A stretch of 42,894 nt of DNA from an uncultured Eubacteriales bacterium (GCA_948439445.1 CAOJND010000001.1:1-42894); one strand, 5' to 3'. Positions 29,475-39,776 are shown, counted from the first letter of the stretch. Notes: generated by a model not told the origin, from the sequence alone. Made by a program: numbers and translations.

Positions 29475-30572
29475 ATGAAATTAGGAATTGTCGGATTACC
29501 TAACGTGGGCAAATCCACCCTATTCAACGCCATCACCAACGCCGGCGTTCCGGCGGATAACTATGCTTTTTGTACCATCGACCCCAATGTGGGCGTGGTT
29601 TCCGTGCCGGACCAGCGGCTGCAATGGTTGTCCCAGCTATATCACCCCAAAAAGACCACCCCCGCCGTCATCGAATTTGTGGATATCGCCGGACTGGTCA
29701 AGGGTGCCTCCAAGGGAGAGGGGCTGGGCAATAAATTCCTGTCCAACATCCGCACCACAGACGCTATTGTCCATGTGGTGCGCTGCTTTGACGATTCCAA
29801 TGTGACCCATGTGGAAGGCTCCACCGATCCGTTGCGGGACATCGACATTATCAATCTGGAGCTGATTATGGCGGACATTGAAATGGTAGAGCGTCGGATT
29901 GATAAGTGCCAAAAAGCGGCGAAAAGCGGCGATAAGCGTTTTTTGAAAGAAGCGCAGATCTTCGCTCAGCTGCTGGAGCATCTAAACGCCGGAAAGCTGG
30001 CCAGGACCTTCGACGGCGAGGCGGAAGAAATGGCAATCATCGCCACCTCCGATCTTCTGACCCTGAAAAAGACCATCTATGTGGCCAATTTGGCCGAGGG
30101 GCAGGTGAACGCCCCCGAATCTAACGCCTATTACAATGCGGTCAAAGCGCTGGCCGACAGCGAGGGTAGCCAGGTGATTCCCATTTGCGCCAAATTGGAA
30201 GCGGACATCGCCGAATTGGAGGATCCCCAGGAGCAGGCCATGTTTATGGAGGAGCTGGGCGTGACCGAGTCCGGTCTGGACAAGCTGATCCGCAGCAGTT
30301 ACCACCTGCTGGGGCTGATCTCCTTCCTTACCGCCGGGGCCGACGAGTGCCGGGCCTGGACCATTCGTACCAGTACCAAAGCGCCCCAGGCCGCCGGTAA
30401 AATCCACACCGACTTTGAACGAGGCTTTATTCGGGCCGAGGTCATCGCCTTCCAGGATCTTCAGGCCTGCGGCAGCCTCACCGCAGCCAAAGCCAAGGGA
30501 TTGGTCCGTAGCGAAGGAAAGGAATATGTGATGAAAGACGGCGATATCGTCAACTTCCTGTTTAACGTGTGA
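29475..30572 (+). CDS. ychF: Redox-regulated ATPase YchF
   Basis: GIVGLPNVGKST, FCTIDPN, DIAGLVKGASKGEGLGNKFL, AAGKIHTDFERGFIRAE. Confidence 0.97.
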   Translation: MKLGIVGLPNVGKSTLFNAITNAGVPADNYAFCTIDPNVGVVSVPDQRLQWLSQLYHPKKTTPAVIEFVDIAGLVKGASKGEGLGNKFLSNIRTTDAIVHVVRCFDDSNVTHVEGSTDPLRDIDIINLELIMADIEMVERRIDKCQKAAKSGDKRFLKEAQIFAQLLEHLNAGKLARTFDGEAEEMAIIATSDLLTLKKTIYVANLAEGQVNAPESNAYYNAVKALADSEGSQVIPICAKLEADIAELEDPQEQAMFMEELGVTESGLDKLIRSSYHLLGLISFLTAGADECRAWTIRTSTKAPQAAGKIHTDFERGFIRAEVIAFQDLQACGSLTAAKAKGLVRSEGKEYVMKDGDIVNFLFNV

Positions 30573-30693
30573 GTTCCCCCAGTGGAAAGCCGGTTGATTT
30601 TTTACCGGCGCTGTGATATCATGAAGCAACGGGGCAGTTGCCCTGAAAGGTAAAAGGGTAATATATTTTGTCGATAAAGGAGCGATAATTTAG

Positions 30694-31866
30694 ATGGATT
30701 ACGCAAAGGAATCTCTGCGCCTGCATGGTGAGTGGAAGGGAAAAATTGAGGTGGTCGCCAAGGTACCGGTAGCCTGCAAAGACGATCTGTCTCTGGCCTA
30801 CACCCCTGGCGTTGCCCAGCCCTGTCTGGAAATTCAAAAAGATGTGAATCAGTCCTATGAACTAACCCGCCGGCACAATCTGTGCGCCGTGATCACCGAC
30901 GGCAGCGCCGTCTTGGGCCTGGGCGACATTGGTCCCGAGGCCGGTATGCCTGTGATGGAGGGAAAATGCGTTCTATTCAAGGCGTTTGGTGATGTAGATG
31001 CCTTCCCCCTGTGCGTCAAGACCCAGGATGTGGATGAGTTCGTCAATACCGTATATCTGATCTCCGGCTCCTTCGGCGGCATCAACCTGGAGGATATTGC
31101 GGCGCCCCGGTGCTTTGAAATCGAGCGCAAATTAAAAGAGAAATGCGATATCCCCATTTTCCACGACGACCAGCATGGTACCGCCGTCATCACCTTGGCC
31201 GGTCTACTCAATGCGTTGAAAGTGGTAGGTAAGAAAAAAGAGGATGTCAAGGTGGTTACTTCCGGCGCCGGCGCCGCCGCCATCTCCATTACCAAGCTGC
31301 TGCTGTCCGCCGGTTTCCGCAATATTGTCATGACCGACCGAACCGGTGCCATCTACGCAGGCCGGGAGAAGCTGAACTGGGTCAAGGAAGAGATGGCACA
31401 GATTACCAACCAGCAGAGGGAAACCGGAACGCTGGCCGATGTGATTCAGGGCGCGGATGTGTTCATCGGCGTATCCGGTCCCGGTACCCTGACCAAGGAA
31501 ATGGTTAGCACCATGGCCAAAGACGCCATTGTCTTTGCCTGCGCCAACCCCACGCCGGAGATCTATCCGGAGGACGCCAAGGCAGGTGGCGCAGCTGTCG
31601 TCTCCACCGGCCGCAGCGACTATCCCAACCAGATCAACAATGTACTGGCCTTCCCGGGTATCTTCCGGGGCGCCTTTGACGTACGGGCCTCCGATATCAA
31701 CGAGGAGATGAAAATGGCAGCTGCGCACGCTCTGGCCGATTTGATCTCGCCGGAGGAGTTGTGCGCAGATTACATCATTCCCAAGGCCTTTGATCCCAGA
31801 GTGGGTCCTGCCGTAGCGAAAGCCGTGGCTGAAGCCGCTCGTAAAACCGGTGTAGCCAGAATTTAA
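30694..31866 (+). CDS. NAD(P)-dependent malic enzyme
   Basis: AYTPGVA, PVMEGK, NLEDIAAPRCF, FHDDQHGTA, GAGAA, NNVLAFPG. Confidence 0.95.
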   Translation: MDYAKESLRLHGEWKGKIEVVAKVPVACKDDLSLAYTPGVAQPCLEIQKDVNQSYELTRRHNLCAVITDGSAVLGLGDIGPEAGMPVMEGKCVLFKAFGDVDAFPLCVKTQDVDEFVNTVYLISGSFGGINLEDIAAPRCFEIERKLKEKCDIPIFHDDQHGTAVITLAGLLNALKVVGKKKEDVKVVTSGAGAAAISITKLLLSAGFRNIVMTDRTGAIYAGREKLNWVKEEMAQITNQQRETGTLADVIQGADVFIGVSGPGTLTKEMVSTMAKDAIVFACANPTPEIYPEDAKAGGAAVVSTGRSDYPNQINNVLAFPGIFRGAFDVRASDINEEMKMAAAHALADLISPEELCADYIIPKAFDPRVGPAVAKAVAEAARKTGVARI

Positions 31867-32107
31867 GCGCTCAAGTATTTGACAACCGATGCGCCCTGGA
31901 GATACGGCTTCTCGATGCAATCGAGTCCGCCTCTGGGGCGTGTCTTTTGCTATCTATTGGAACGGTTTGTGGAAATTCATCAATTCGCAACAAATCATTG
32001 GGTATTCTCTGGATAATTCTTTCAAAATACCAGTTGTAAATTGGGGTTGCGTTCGATATAATATAGAAGTTAACACAAAATCATCCAAGTCGGGGGATTT
32101 TTTATAT

Positions 32108-33466
32108 ATGGCAAACATTGCAAAGCTAAAGCAGTATTTGGCGCCTGGCCATCATGTCCATCTGGTGGGAATCGGCGGGGTATCCATGCGGCCTCTGGGC
32201 CTGGTGCTCAAGGGAATGGGGCTATTGGTCTCTGGATCGGATATGAGCTCTTCGGTGTCCACCGACGAGCTGATCGCGCAGGGCATCCAGGTCTTTATTG
32301 GGCATCAAGCGGACAATATTCAGGGGGCGGACTGCGTCATTCGCACCGCCGCTGTTCACAATGACAATCCGGAGATTGCGGCCGCCCGGGCGGCAGGGAT
32401 CCCCGTATTCGAGCGTGCCCAGGCCTGGGGCATCATCATGCAGGCCTATCAAAACGCAATCTGTGTCTCCGGCACGCACGGCAAAACAACCACCACCTCC
32501 ATGCTGACCCACATTCTCATGCAGGCCAATGTGGACCCCACCGTGATGATCGGCGGCTATTTGCCCATGCTCCACGCGGGCCATCGGGTGGGAAAAGGCG
32601 ATACCATTTTGTTGGAAAGCTGTGAATATTGCGATTCCTTTTTGAATTTCTTCCCTACTCTGGCTGTGATTCTAAACATCGAAGCGGATCATCTGGATTA
32701 TTTTAAGGATTTATCCGCCATCCAGGCCTCCTTTCGGGCCTTTGCTGGGCTTGCTTCCTCGGGGATTCTGGCCAATGGGGACGATCAAAACACCGTAGAT
32801 GCCTTGCAAGGCATGTCCTATTTGACCTTTGGTTTAGCGCCAACCAATCAAATCCATGCGGAACATATTTCCTCCGATTGGATGCAGTTTGACGTTGTTT
32901 GCGACGGACAGCTCTACTGCCACCTGAAGCTACAGGTGATTGGCAAGCACAACGCCCTCAACGCTCTGGCGGCAGCCGGCGCGGCATGGATGTTGGGTAT
33001 TCCCGGGGAGGCAGTGACCGAAGGGCTTTCTACCTTCCGGGGCGCAGGCCGCCGGTTGGAGTACATTGGCACCTTTCGGGGCGCTGATGTGTATGATGAT
33101 TATGCCCACCATCCCGGCGAACTAGCAGCTACCATTGCGGCAGTCCGGGGGATGCACTATGACCGGATCATTCTGGCTTTCCAACCCCATACATACAGCC
33201 GAACCCGGGCGTTATTTCACGATTTTGTCCGAGAGCTGGGAAAAGTAGATCAGGTTGTACTTGCTGAGATCTATGCCGCCCGGGAGCGAAATACCTACGG
33301 CATTTCTTCTTTGGATTTAGCCCAGCAGATACCCGGTGCGGTGTATTGTGAGACGCTACCGGAGGTGACTTCCTATTTGCGCACCATTGCCAGGCCCGGC
33401 GACGTGATTTTGACCGTTGGCGCCGGAGACATCTATCGGGCGGGCCAGGCGCTGCTGAAGGAATAG
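32108..33466 (+). CDS. murC: UDP-N-acetylmuramate--L-alanine ligase
   Basis: GIGGVSM, GTHGKTTTT, DHLDYF, DDYAHHP, FQPHTYSRT, GAGDI. Confidence 0.96.
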   Translation: MANIAKLKQYLAPGHHVHLVGIGGVSMRPLGLVLKGMGLLVSGSDMSSSVSTDELIAQGIQVFIGHQADNIQGADCVIRTAAVHNDNPEIAAARAAGIPVFERAQAWGIIMQAYQNAICVSGTHGKTTTTSMLTHILMQANVDPTVMIGGYLPMLHAGHRVGKGDTILLESCEYCDSFLNFFPTLAVILNIEADHLDYFKDLSAIQASFRAFAGLASSGILANGDDQNTVDALQGMSYLTFGLAPTNQIHAEHISSDWMQFDVVCDGQLYCHLKLQVIGKHNALNALAAAGAAWMLGIPGEAVTEGLSTFRGAGRRLEYIGTFRGADVYDDYAHHPGELAATIAAVRGMHYDRIILAFQPHTYSRTRALFHDFVRELGKVDQVVLAEIYAARERNTYGISSLDLAQQIPGAVYCETLPEVTSYLRTIARPGDVILTVGAGDIYRAGQALLKE

Positions 33467-33513
33467 TCAGAACATCTATGGCATCTGAAAAAGGTGACAT
33501 AGCCACCTTAGAC

Positions 33514-33572
33514 TGTCAAAAGCCCCTCCGAGGGTTTTTGACATGCTGAAAGCCCGCTTACACGGGCTTTTC
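33514..33572. terminator. Tandem hairpins between convergent murC and the hypothetical gene
   Basis: TGTCAAAAGCCC...GGGTTTTTGACA and AAAGCCCG...CGGGCTTT. Confidence 0.6.
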
Positions 33573-33573
33573 C

Positions 33574-33984
33574 TCAGTCATCCTCCAGCACCAGATGGTC
33601 CACGCCGGAAAGGGCAAATTCATCCATATAATGGTCCATCCGATCCACAATTTCATCGTAATTGTCGTCGGTGATCTCCGGATAGTCCATATCCCGGCGG
33701 GACAATTCTTCCGCCAGGATCTCATAAAACACATTGTCTTCATAAAACCCGATCGCCTCATGGATCCCACCCTCTCGGTAGGCCATTGAGGGAACCGGAA
33801 GGCCGTTCCATTTCTCTACCAAAGCCTGTAGGCCAGTGCCTTGACAAAGGCCAAACAGCTTGCTTTCCAGTGCGTCGTAGTCTCCAAACCGGTCTTCTTC
33901 CCGGGTGGAATTTAAAACCCAATTGCCAATATACACCAGATCCAGAAGTCTGCGAAATTCCCGTGTGCTTAGCTCAATCTGCAT
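33574..33984 (-). CDS. Acidic hypothetical protein
   Basis: AAGGAGG RBS; 136 aa with a protein-like composition. Confidence 0.8.
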   Translation of the reverse strand: MQIELSTREFRRLLDLVYIGNWVLNSTREEDRFGDYDALESKLFGLCQGTGLQALVEKWNGLPVPSMAYREGGIHEAIGFYEDNVFYEILAEELSRRDMDYPEITDDNYDEIVDRMDHYMDEFALSGVDHLVLEDD

Positions 33985-34136
33985 AGGCCATACCTCCTTT
34001 TGCGGCTCGTATCTTTATTATAACACGGGTTTTATAGATTTCCAGAAGAATTTTGTAAAGATTCTCTTGTTTTCCTGGTTGGATTGGCATATCATAATGG
34101 CATCGATGACTGTGATGCGGAAATGAGGTATTGATT

Positions 34137-35207
34137 GTGAAAAAATGGAGTGTTTGCGTTCTGTTCGGCGGTATGAGTCCAGAGCATGAGATCTCCCTGC
34201 GCTCGGCCGAATCTGTACTGAACAATCTGGATCCTGAGCGGTACAATGTATTCCCGGTTGGCATCACCAAAGAGGGAGACTGGATCCTCTATGGCGGCAC
34301 TGACTATAGCCAGCTGCCCACGGGCAAGTGGCAGGAGCATCCCGGCAACCGCAGAGCAACCATTTCTCCGGTGCGCGGACAGGGGCTATTGAATTTTGAG
34401 GGGGATTGTGTCGTCCGAGAGCGAATCGATGTGATTTTCCCTGTACTCCATGGACAAAATGGGGAGGACGGCGCCATGCAGGGTCTGCTGAATCTGGCAG
34501 GGATTCCCTATGTTGGCCCTCATGTGGCAGCATCTGCGGTGGCTATGGACAAGACGTTAACCAAGCTGGTCATGGACCAGGCAGGGATTGCCCAGGCGGA
34601 TTGGCTACTGGTGCGAAGCGCTGAGCTGGAACAGCACATGGACAAGGTCATCGCCCGAATGGAAGCCCGTTTCCAATATCCTGTGTTCGTCAAGCCCGCT
34701 GGGACCGGTTCCTCCGTCGGCGTTTCCAAAGCCAAAGACCGGCTGGCACTGGAGCAGGCGCTGCTAGCCGCCGCCGTTTATGACAAAAAGATTCTGGTAG
34801 AGGAATTTATTGACGGCAAAGAGATTGAAGTAGCCGTTATGGGCAACGACAGCCCGGTGGCCTCCGTCTGCGGGGAGATTGATTCCGGGGTGGACTTCTA
34901 CGACTATGACGCGAAGTATATCACGGACACCTCCACCGCCTATATCCCCGCTCGGATTCCGGAAGAGGTGGCCGAGCAAGTTCGAGAGACTGCGGTTAAG
35001 GCGTACTCCGCCATTGGCTGCCAGGGCTTGAGCCGGGTGGATTTCTTTGTCACGAAGCAGGAAAACCGGGTGGTGTTTAACGAGATCAACACCATTCCAG
35101 GCTTTACTTCAATCTCCATGTATCCCAAGCTTTTCCATGCCAGTGGTATTCCCTATTCGCAGTTGCTGGATCAGCTCCTGGAGCTGGCAATGGAGGCCTG
35201 CGAATGA
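34137..35207 (+). CDS. ddl: D-alanine--D-alanine ligase (housekeeping type)
   Basis: GGMSPEHEIS, LHGQNGEDG, GSSVG, omega loop FYDYDAKY, NEINTIPGFTSISMYP. Confidence 0.95.
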   Translation: MKKWSVCVLFGGMSPEHEISLRSAESVLNNLDPERYNVFPVGITKEGDWILYGGTDYSQLPTGKWQEHPGNRRATISPVRGQGLLNFEGDCVVRERIDVIFPVLHGQNGEDGAMQGLLNLAGIPYVGPHVAASAVAMDKTLTKLVMDQAGIAQADWLLVRSAELEQHMDKVIARMEARFQYPVFVKPAGTGSSVGVSKAKDRLALEQALLAAAVYDKKILVEEFIDGKEIEVAVMGNDSPVASVCGEIDSGVDFYDYDAKYITDTSTAYIPARIPEEVAEQVRETAVKAYSAIGCQGLSRVDFFVTKQENRVVFNEINTIPGFTSISMYPKLFHASGIPYSQLLDQLLELAMEACE

Positions 35208-35689
35208 AACAGGAGGTTCTGCTAACCATTCGGGGTCAGCAACACTATGGGGATGATGCACCGGATGTTATTGAATTGATCACGGATGGATTTCTAGAGC
35301 CGTGTGGCAAAGGCTGGGATCTGAGCTATGAGGAGAGCGATTTAACCGGGCTGCAAGGGGTGCTGACCACCTTTCACATTCGGCCGGATGGGGTAATTCT
35401 GGAGCGAACCGGTCCACTGCACTCGCAAATGGTGTTCCAGGAGGGGATTTCCCACGAGTCCTTATATGAAATGGAGTTTGGCGCTCTGTTAATTTCCGTC
35501 TGCGCAACCCGAATTCGCTGGGAGATTACATTGGAGGGCGGCGTGCTGGAGATTGCCTACCGGATTGCAGTGGAGGAATCCGCCGCCGGTGAAATTTTGT
35601 ATCGCATCGAAATTCAGCCGAAAAAGCAAACCATGCCGGCAAGCAAAGGCGGACACACTGGCTCCACTGAGCTAGGCGGTGAGGAATAA
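35204..35689 (+). CDS. DUF1934 family protein
   Basis: ATGA overlap with ddl; IELITDG, LSYEES, MVFQEG..H.SLY...FG. Confidence 0.8.
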   Translation: MKQEVLLTIRGQQHYGDDAPDVIELITDGFLEPCGKGWDLSYEESDLTGLQGVLTTFHIRPDGVILERTGPLHSQMVFQEGISHESLYEMEFGALLISVCATRIRWEITLEGGVLEIAYRIAVEESAAGEILYRIEIQPKKQTMPASKGGHTGSTELGGEE

Positions 35690-35713
35690 GCGGCATTATG
35701 CAAGAAGCATATT

Positions 35714-35755
35714 AAAAGGAACTACACCCTGAAAAGAGGCTGTAGTTCCTTTTTT
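35714..35755 (+). terminator. Terminator of ddl-DUF1934
   Basis: AAAAGGAACTACA...TGTAGTTCCTTTTTT. Confidence 0.75.
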
Positions 35756-35956
35756 CTATGCCCTATTTTCACAGAGGCCAGAACATCCTGGAAAGGTAGG
35801 CCACGTCTCTTCTCGCCTACCATTAAGAAAATGACAAGAATTGTTTAGCGTTTCTTAGGGATTTCACAATGGAATATTAAAACACAATCTGCCCGCCCTA
35901 TGGTATGATAAATATACCATAAGCAAGTGGATTTTTCCATGCAGAAAGGACATATC

Positions 35957-37006
35957 ATGAAGAAACGCAACATTGCAATTTTATTTGGAGGCTGTTCCCC
36001 AGAGTACAGCGTTTCTCTGGAATCGGCCTATGCAGTTATCACTCATCTGGATAAAGAAGCATATCACCCCGTATTGATCGGCATTTCCCCGACGGGAAAT
36101 TGGTATCATTTCACCGGTAAAATTGAGAATATTCGGTTGGATACCTGGAACAATCCCGCCGACTGCGCCCCAATTCTGGTATCTCCCGGCCAAGATTGTC
36201 ACGCTCTTTTCGTACAAAAAAACGGCGGCGTGGAGAAGGTCCACTTGGATGCCGCCTTCCCGGTCCTCCATGGCAGAAATGGGGAAGACGGGACAGTACA
36301 GGGTCTTTTGGAACTGGCAGGGATCCCATTGGTAGGATGCGGCGTTCTGGCCTGTGCTTTGTGCATGGACAAGCACAGGGCCCACAAGCTGGTGCAGTCC
36401 GCCGGCGTTGCAGTCCCCACCGCCGCTGTTTTTACTCAGCCGGTGGACAAGAATCAGGTCTTGGCTACCGCCGAAGATCTGGGCTATCCACTTTTTGTCA
36501 AACCCCTCCGGGCCGGTTCCTCCTATGGCATTACAAAAGTCATGGTACCGGAGAAATTGCCCGACGCTCTGGCGCTGGCCTTTTCATACGACAGCCAGGT
36601 AATCTTGGAAGAGGCGATCTCCGGCTTTGAGGTGGGATGCGCCGTTTTGGGAGATGATGAACTGACCTTGGGCGCGCTAGATGAAGTGGAATTGGCGGAT
36701 GGCTTTTTTAATTATACAGAAAAATATGCATTAAAAACCGCTGCCATTCATGTCCCGGCCCGCATCTCCCCAGCAAAAACTGAAGAAATTAAGGAAACTG
36801 CCCAACGGATTTACAAAGCTCTGGGATGCCGGGGCTTTGCCAGGGTAGATCTATTTTTGGATCAGAACGGCAGCGTGATTTTCAATGAGGTCAATCCAAT
36901 CCCAGGCTTTACCGTCCACAGCCGCTATCCCAGCATGATGCAGGCAGTTGGTATGTCTCTGGAACAGGTGATCTCTGCGGTCATTGAATTGGCGGTGGGT
37001 GAATGA
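35957..37006 (+). CDS. vanG: VanG-like D-Ala--D-Ser ligase
   Basis: Ddl fold with FFNYTEKY and PGFTVHSRYP (Van-type signatures); heads an overlapping van-like operon. Confidence 0.8.
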   Translation: MKKRNIAILFGGCSPEYSVSLESAYAVITHLDKEAYHPVLIGISPTGNWYHFTGKIENIRLDTWNNPADCAPILVSPGQDCHALFVQKNGGVEKVHLDAAFPVLHGRNGEDGTVQGLLELAGIPLVGCGVLACALCMDKHRAHKLVQSAGVAVPTAAVFTQPVDKNQVLATAEDLGYPLFVKPLRAGSSYGITKVMVPEKLPDALALAFSYDSQVILEEAISGFEVGCAVLGDDELTLGALDEVELADGFFNYTEKYALKTAAIHVPARISPAKTEEIKETAQRIYKALGCRGFARVDLFLDQNGSVIFNEVNPIPGFTVHSRYPSMMQAVGMSLEQVISAVIELAVGE

Positions 37007-37539
37007 ACAGTTTACTTCTCGTCAATCGCCAGCATCCCTGTCCGGTGGATACAGCCCAGGATCTGATGCCTGTCCACAAACGATATCCCCATATTTTATT
37101 GAAACAAGAGGCGGCTGGCGCTCTAGGGCGCATCATGGAGCAGCTAGACGGCTGGCAATTTCTTGTCCCTGTTAGCGGCTGGCGCTCTCACGCGGAACAA
37201 AAGAAAATTTATGAAGATTCCCTCCGGGATAACGGCCCAGTGTTTACTGCGCAATTTGTGGCGCTACCGGGATACAGCGAGCATCAAACCGGTCTAGCCA
37301 TCGATCTGGGCCTACTCCAACCGGAAATCGATTTTATCTGCCCCACATTTTCTGATGCGAAGATCTGTCAAAGGTTTCGGGATTTGGCCCCGGCCTACGG
37401 CTTTGTGGAGCGCTATCCTGCGGGAAAGGAGCATATTACCGGTATCGCCCACGAACCGTGGCACTTTCGCTATGTGGGCGTTCCCCACGCGGAGGAGATG
37501 GCACGAAGGGGACTAACCTTGGAGGAATATCTGGCATGA
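37003..37539 (+). CDS. M15B D,D-peptidase, VanXY-like (no TM or signal peptide)
   Basis: SGWRS, SEHQTGLAID (SxHxxGxAxD), EPWHFRYVG. Confidence 0.85.
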   Translation: MNSLLLVNRQHPCPVDTAQDLMPVHKRYPHILLKQEAAGALGRIMEQLDGWQFLVPVSGWRSHAEQKKIYEDSLRDNGPVFTAQFVALPGYSEHQTGLAIDLGLLQPEIDFICPTFSDAKICQRFRDLAPAYGFVERYPAGKEHITGIAHEPWHFRYVGVPHAEEMARRGLTLEEYLA

Positions 37540-38009
37540 ACATTCGGGAAGCCATTGTCGACTACTCCAAGGGAGATTCCCTGCGCTGGTTTTGGAGACT
37601 GTTTTACTGGCGGCAACAGTGCTCCAACAGCACCATGCGTAGCATTCTGACCTTTTTTCTCAACCGCATAGCCTGCCGGCATGGAGGCTATGTGGGATAC
37701 GGGGCCGTCTTTGACGCCATCCCTTTGCTTCCCCATGGACTTCATGGCGTATATATCTCCCGGTACGCCCGCATTGGCGCCAACTGCTGTATCTATCAAA
37801 ATGTCACGATTGGAGAGGTAAACCGAATTGCCCCGCAAATTGGAAATTCCTGCCTGATTGGCGCTGGAGCCATAATTGTTGGCGACATTAAAATTGGCAA
37901 CGATGTGAAAATTGGCGCTGGAGCGGTGGTCTGCACCGATATTCCAAGCCATGTGACGGTAGTCGCTCCACCCTCGAGAATTTTAGTCAGGGGGACCGAA
38001 CATGACTGA
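37536..38009 (+). CDS. Hexapeptide-repeat (serine O-acetyltransferase-like) protein
   Basis: ATGA overlap; LPHGLHGVYIS, IYQNVTIG, IGAGA repeats. Confidence 0.8.
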   Translation: MNIREAIVDYSKGDSLRWFWRLFYWRQQCSNSTMRSILTFFLNRIACRHGGYVGYGAVFDAIPLLPHGLHGVYISRYARIGANCCIYQNVTIGEVNRIAPQIGNSCLIGAGAIIVGDIKIGNDVKIGAGAVVCTDIPSHVTVVAPPSRILVRGTEHD

Positions 38010-39183
38010 GTTTTATCAAGGCCGCGCCTGGATTGAGCTGGATATAACCGCACTTCGGCACAATGTGGAGCGGTTGCAAGCTCTGCTAAACCCAGACTGC
38101 GCACTGATGCCTGCCGTCAAGGCCAACGCCTATGGACATGGCGCTATTCCAATTGCCAAAGAGCTAAACGCGTTGGGGATCCGGGCATTTTGTGTTGCTT
38201 CAATTTTGGAAGGTGTGGAGCTGCGCCAGAATGGAATTCTGGGGGAGATCCTGATTCTGGGTTACACCCATCCCCAATATGCACCACTGCTTGCGCAGTA
38301 CCGTCTGACCCAAACGATCTTAGATCACACCTATGCCCTAGCGTTAAATGCCTGTAAACAAACAATTGATGTCCAGATCAAAATCGATACCGGGATGCAC
38401 CGTCTAGGAACGTCTTATCAAAATCTGGCAGAGCTTCAACAGATCTTTGCCTGTCGTCAACTTCGCGTCACTGGGGCCTACACCCACCTGTATGAGGATG
38501 ATCTAACGCTTCCTACGGGCCGAGCGGCAGCTTTGGCCCAGGGTAGAGCTTTTTACCAGACCGTAGACCGGTTAAAAGCGCTGGGCTATCGAATCCCAAA
38601 AGTTCATATTTTGGCCAGCAGTGGTCTGCTTCATTGCCCTGGCATCGGTGGAGACTATGGGCGGGTTGGAATCGCCTTGTATGGGCAAATGCCGGTGAAG
38701 GCCCAGTGGAAAAGCGCCGGCGTGGATTTACGGCCGGTCCTCTCCCTCAAAGCGCGGATTTCTCTCATTCGAGACATTGCAAAGGGAGACGGCGCTGGAT
38801 ATGGACATCAGTTTGTGGCCAGACGAGACACAAAAATTGCGGTGGCCACCATTGGCTATGGGGACGGCTTGCCACGCAGACTGTCCAACGGCGTAGGCGC
38901 AGCGCTGATCCGAGGCCAGACCGCCCCAATTATAGGGCGCATATGCATGGATCAGACTCTGCTGGATGTGACAGATATTCCCGCCGTCGTCCCCGGGGAC
39001 ATTGCCGTGTTTATTGGGAAATCCGGCAGCAAGGAAATTACGGCCTGCGATGTGGCGGAGCAAGCAGGGACCATCTCCAACGAGATTTTAAGCTGTTTAA
39101 GTCACCGGCTAGAACGAACGCCAGTCCAAACCACAGCACGGCAGCATGCGCAATTGCTGGCTGCAGGGTCAAGCGCGCTCTGA
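38002..39183 (+). CDS. VanT-like serine/alanine racemase, catalytic domain only
   Basis: RAWIELD, VKANAYGHG, DTGMHRLG, GRICMDQ, TISNE (Asn where Alr has Tyr); no membrane domain. Confidence 0.82.
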   Translation: MTEFYQGRAWIELDITALRHNVERLQALLNPDCALMPAVKANAYGHGAIPIAKELNALGIRAFCVASILEGVELRQNGILGEILILGYTHPQYAPLLAQYRLTQTILDHTYALALNACKQTIDVQIKIDTGMHRLGTSYQNLAELQQIFACRQLRVTGAYTHLYEDDLTLPTGRAAALAQGRAFYQTVDRLKALGYRIPKVHILASSGLLHCPGIGGDYGRVGIALYGQMPVKAQWKSAGVDLRPVLSLKARISLIRDIAKGDGAGYGHQFVARRDTKIAVATIGYGDGLPRRLSNGVGAALIRGQTAPIIGRICMDQTLLDVTDIPAVVPGDIAVFIGKSGSKEITACDVAEQAGTISNEILSCLSHRLERTPVQTTARQHAQLLAAGSSAL

Positions 39184-39237
39184 ATGTTATCATCCAAACT
39201 TCTGTATTCCATTTTTATGTATCTTGAAACGATTCCG

Positions 39238-39344
39238 AAAAAGGCAGGCGGATAGGGCAAAGTTCCATTCGCCTGCCTTTTCTGATAATTGCTTTAGGGC
39301 AAAGAGGGACCCCTGCTTTTATTTCTTGAAAGCAGGGGTCCTTT
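39238..39344. terminator. Two hairpins after the van-like operon
   Basis: AAAAGGCAGGCG...CGCCTGCCTTTT and GGACCCCTGCTTT...AAAGCAGGGGTCC. Confidence 0.7.
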
Positions 39345-39578
39345 GACAGTTTGCCCGATTTTATCGGGGTTTCTTGAAACAATATCTTTTTTATTGTTTC
39401 CTACTGATGCAGTTAAGCAATCCAAATCCAAGCCCGTTACCCAGCACGTGCGGGCCGCGATTAAAAAAAGTGACGGAATGAACGTCCTCTGACGTGAAAG
39501 GGAACTATATTTTGACACGAAGCGCCTTCTCCTGGAAGTTAGGGAGTGCAAAGCAAATGGCGCAGTTTATATTGAAAA

Positions 39579-39776
39579 CTACACCATTTCTTTTAACCTG
39601 TTGGAGAGCTCGTTCATCAAAGCTAGTGTAATATCCTTTGCAATGATGGAAGCACTGATAAAATTATCCTCAAAACTGGCGGCTCCGCTATGCTCAGCCG
39701 TATCGGTAATACATCGGATAGAAATAAATGGAATATTATTCACATGATACACATGAGCAATCGCAGCGGTTTCCAT
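39579..39776 (-). pseudogene. C-terminal fragment of an MTA/SAH nucleosidase
   Basis: METAAIAHV...IPFISIRCITDTA is the MtnN C-terminus; the N-terminal ~70% is missing. Confidence 0.75.
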
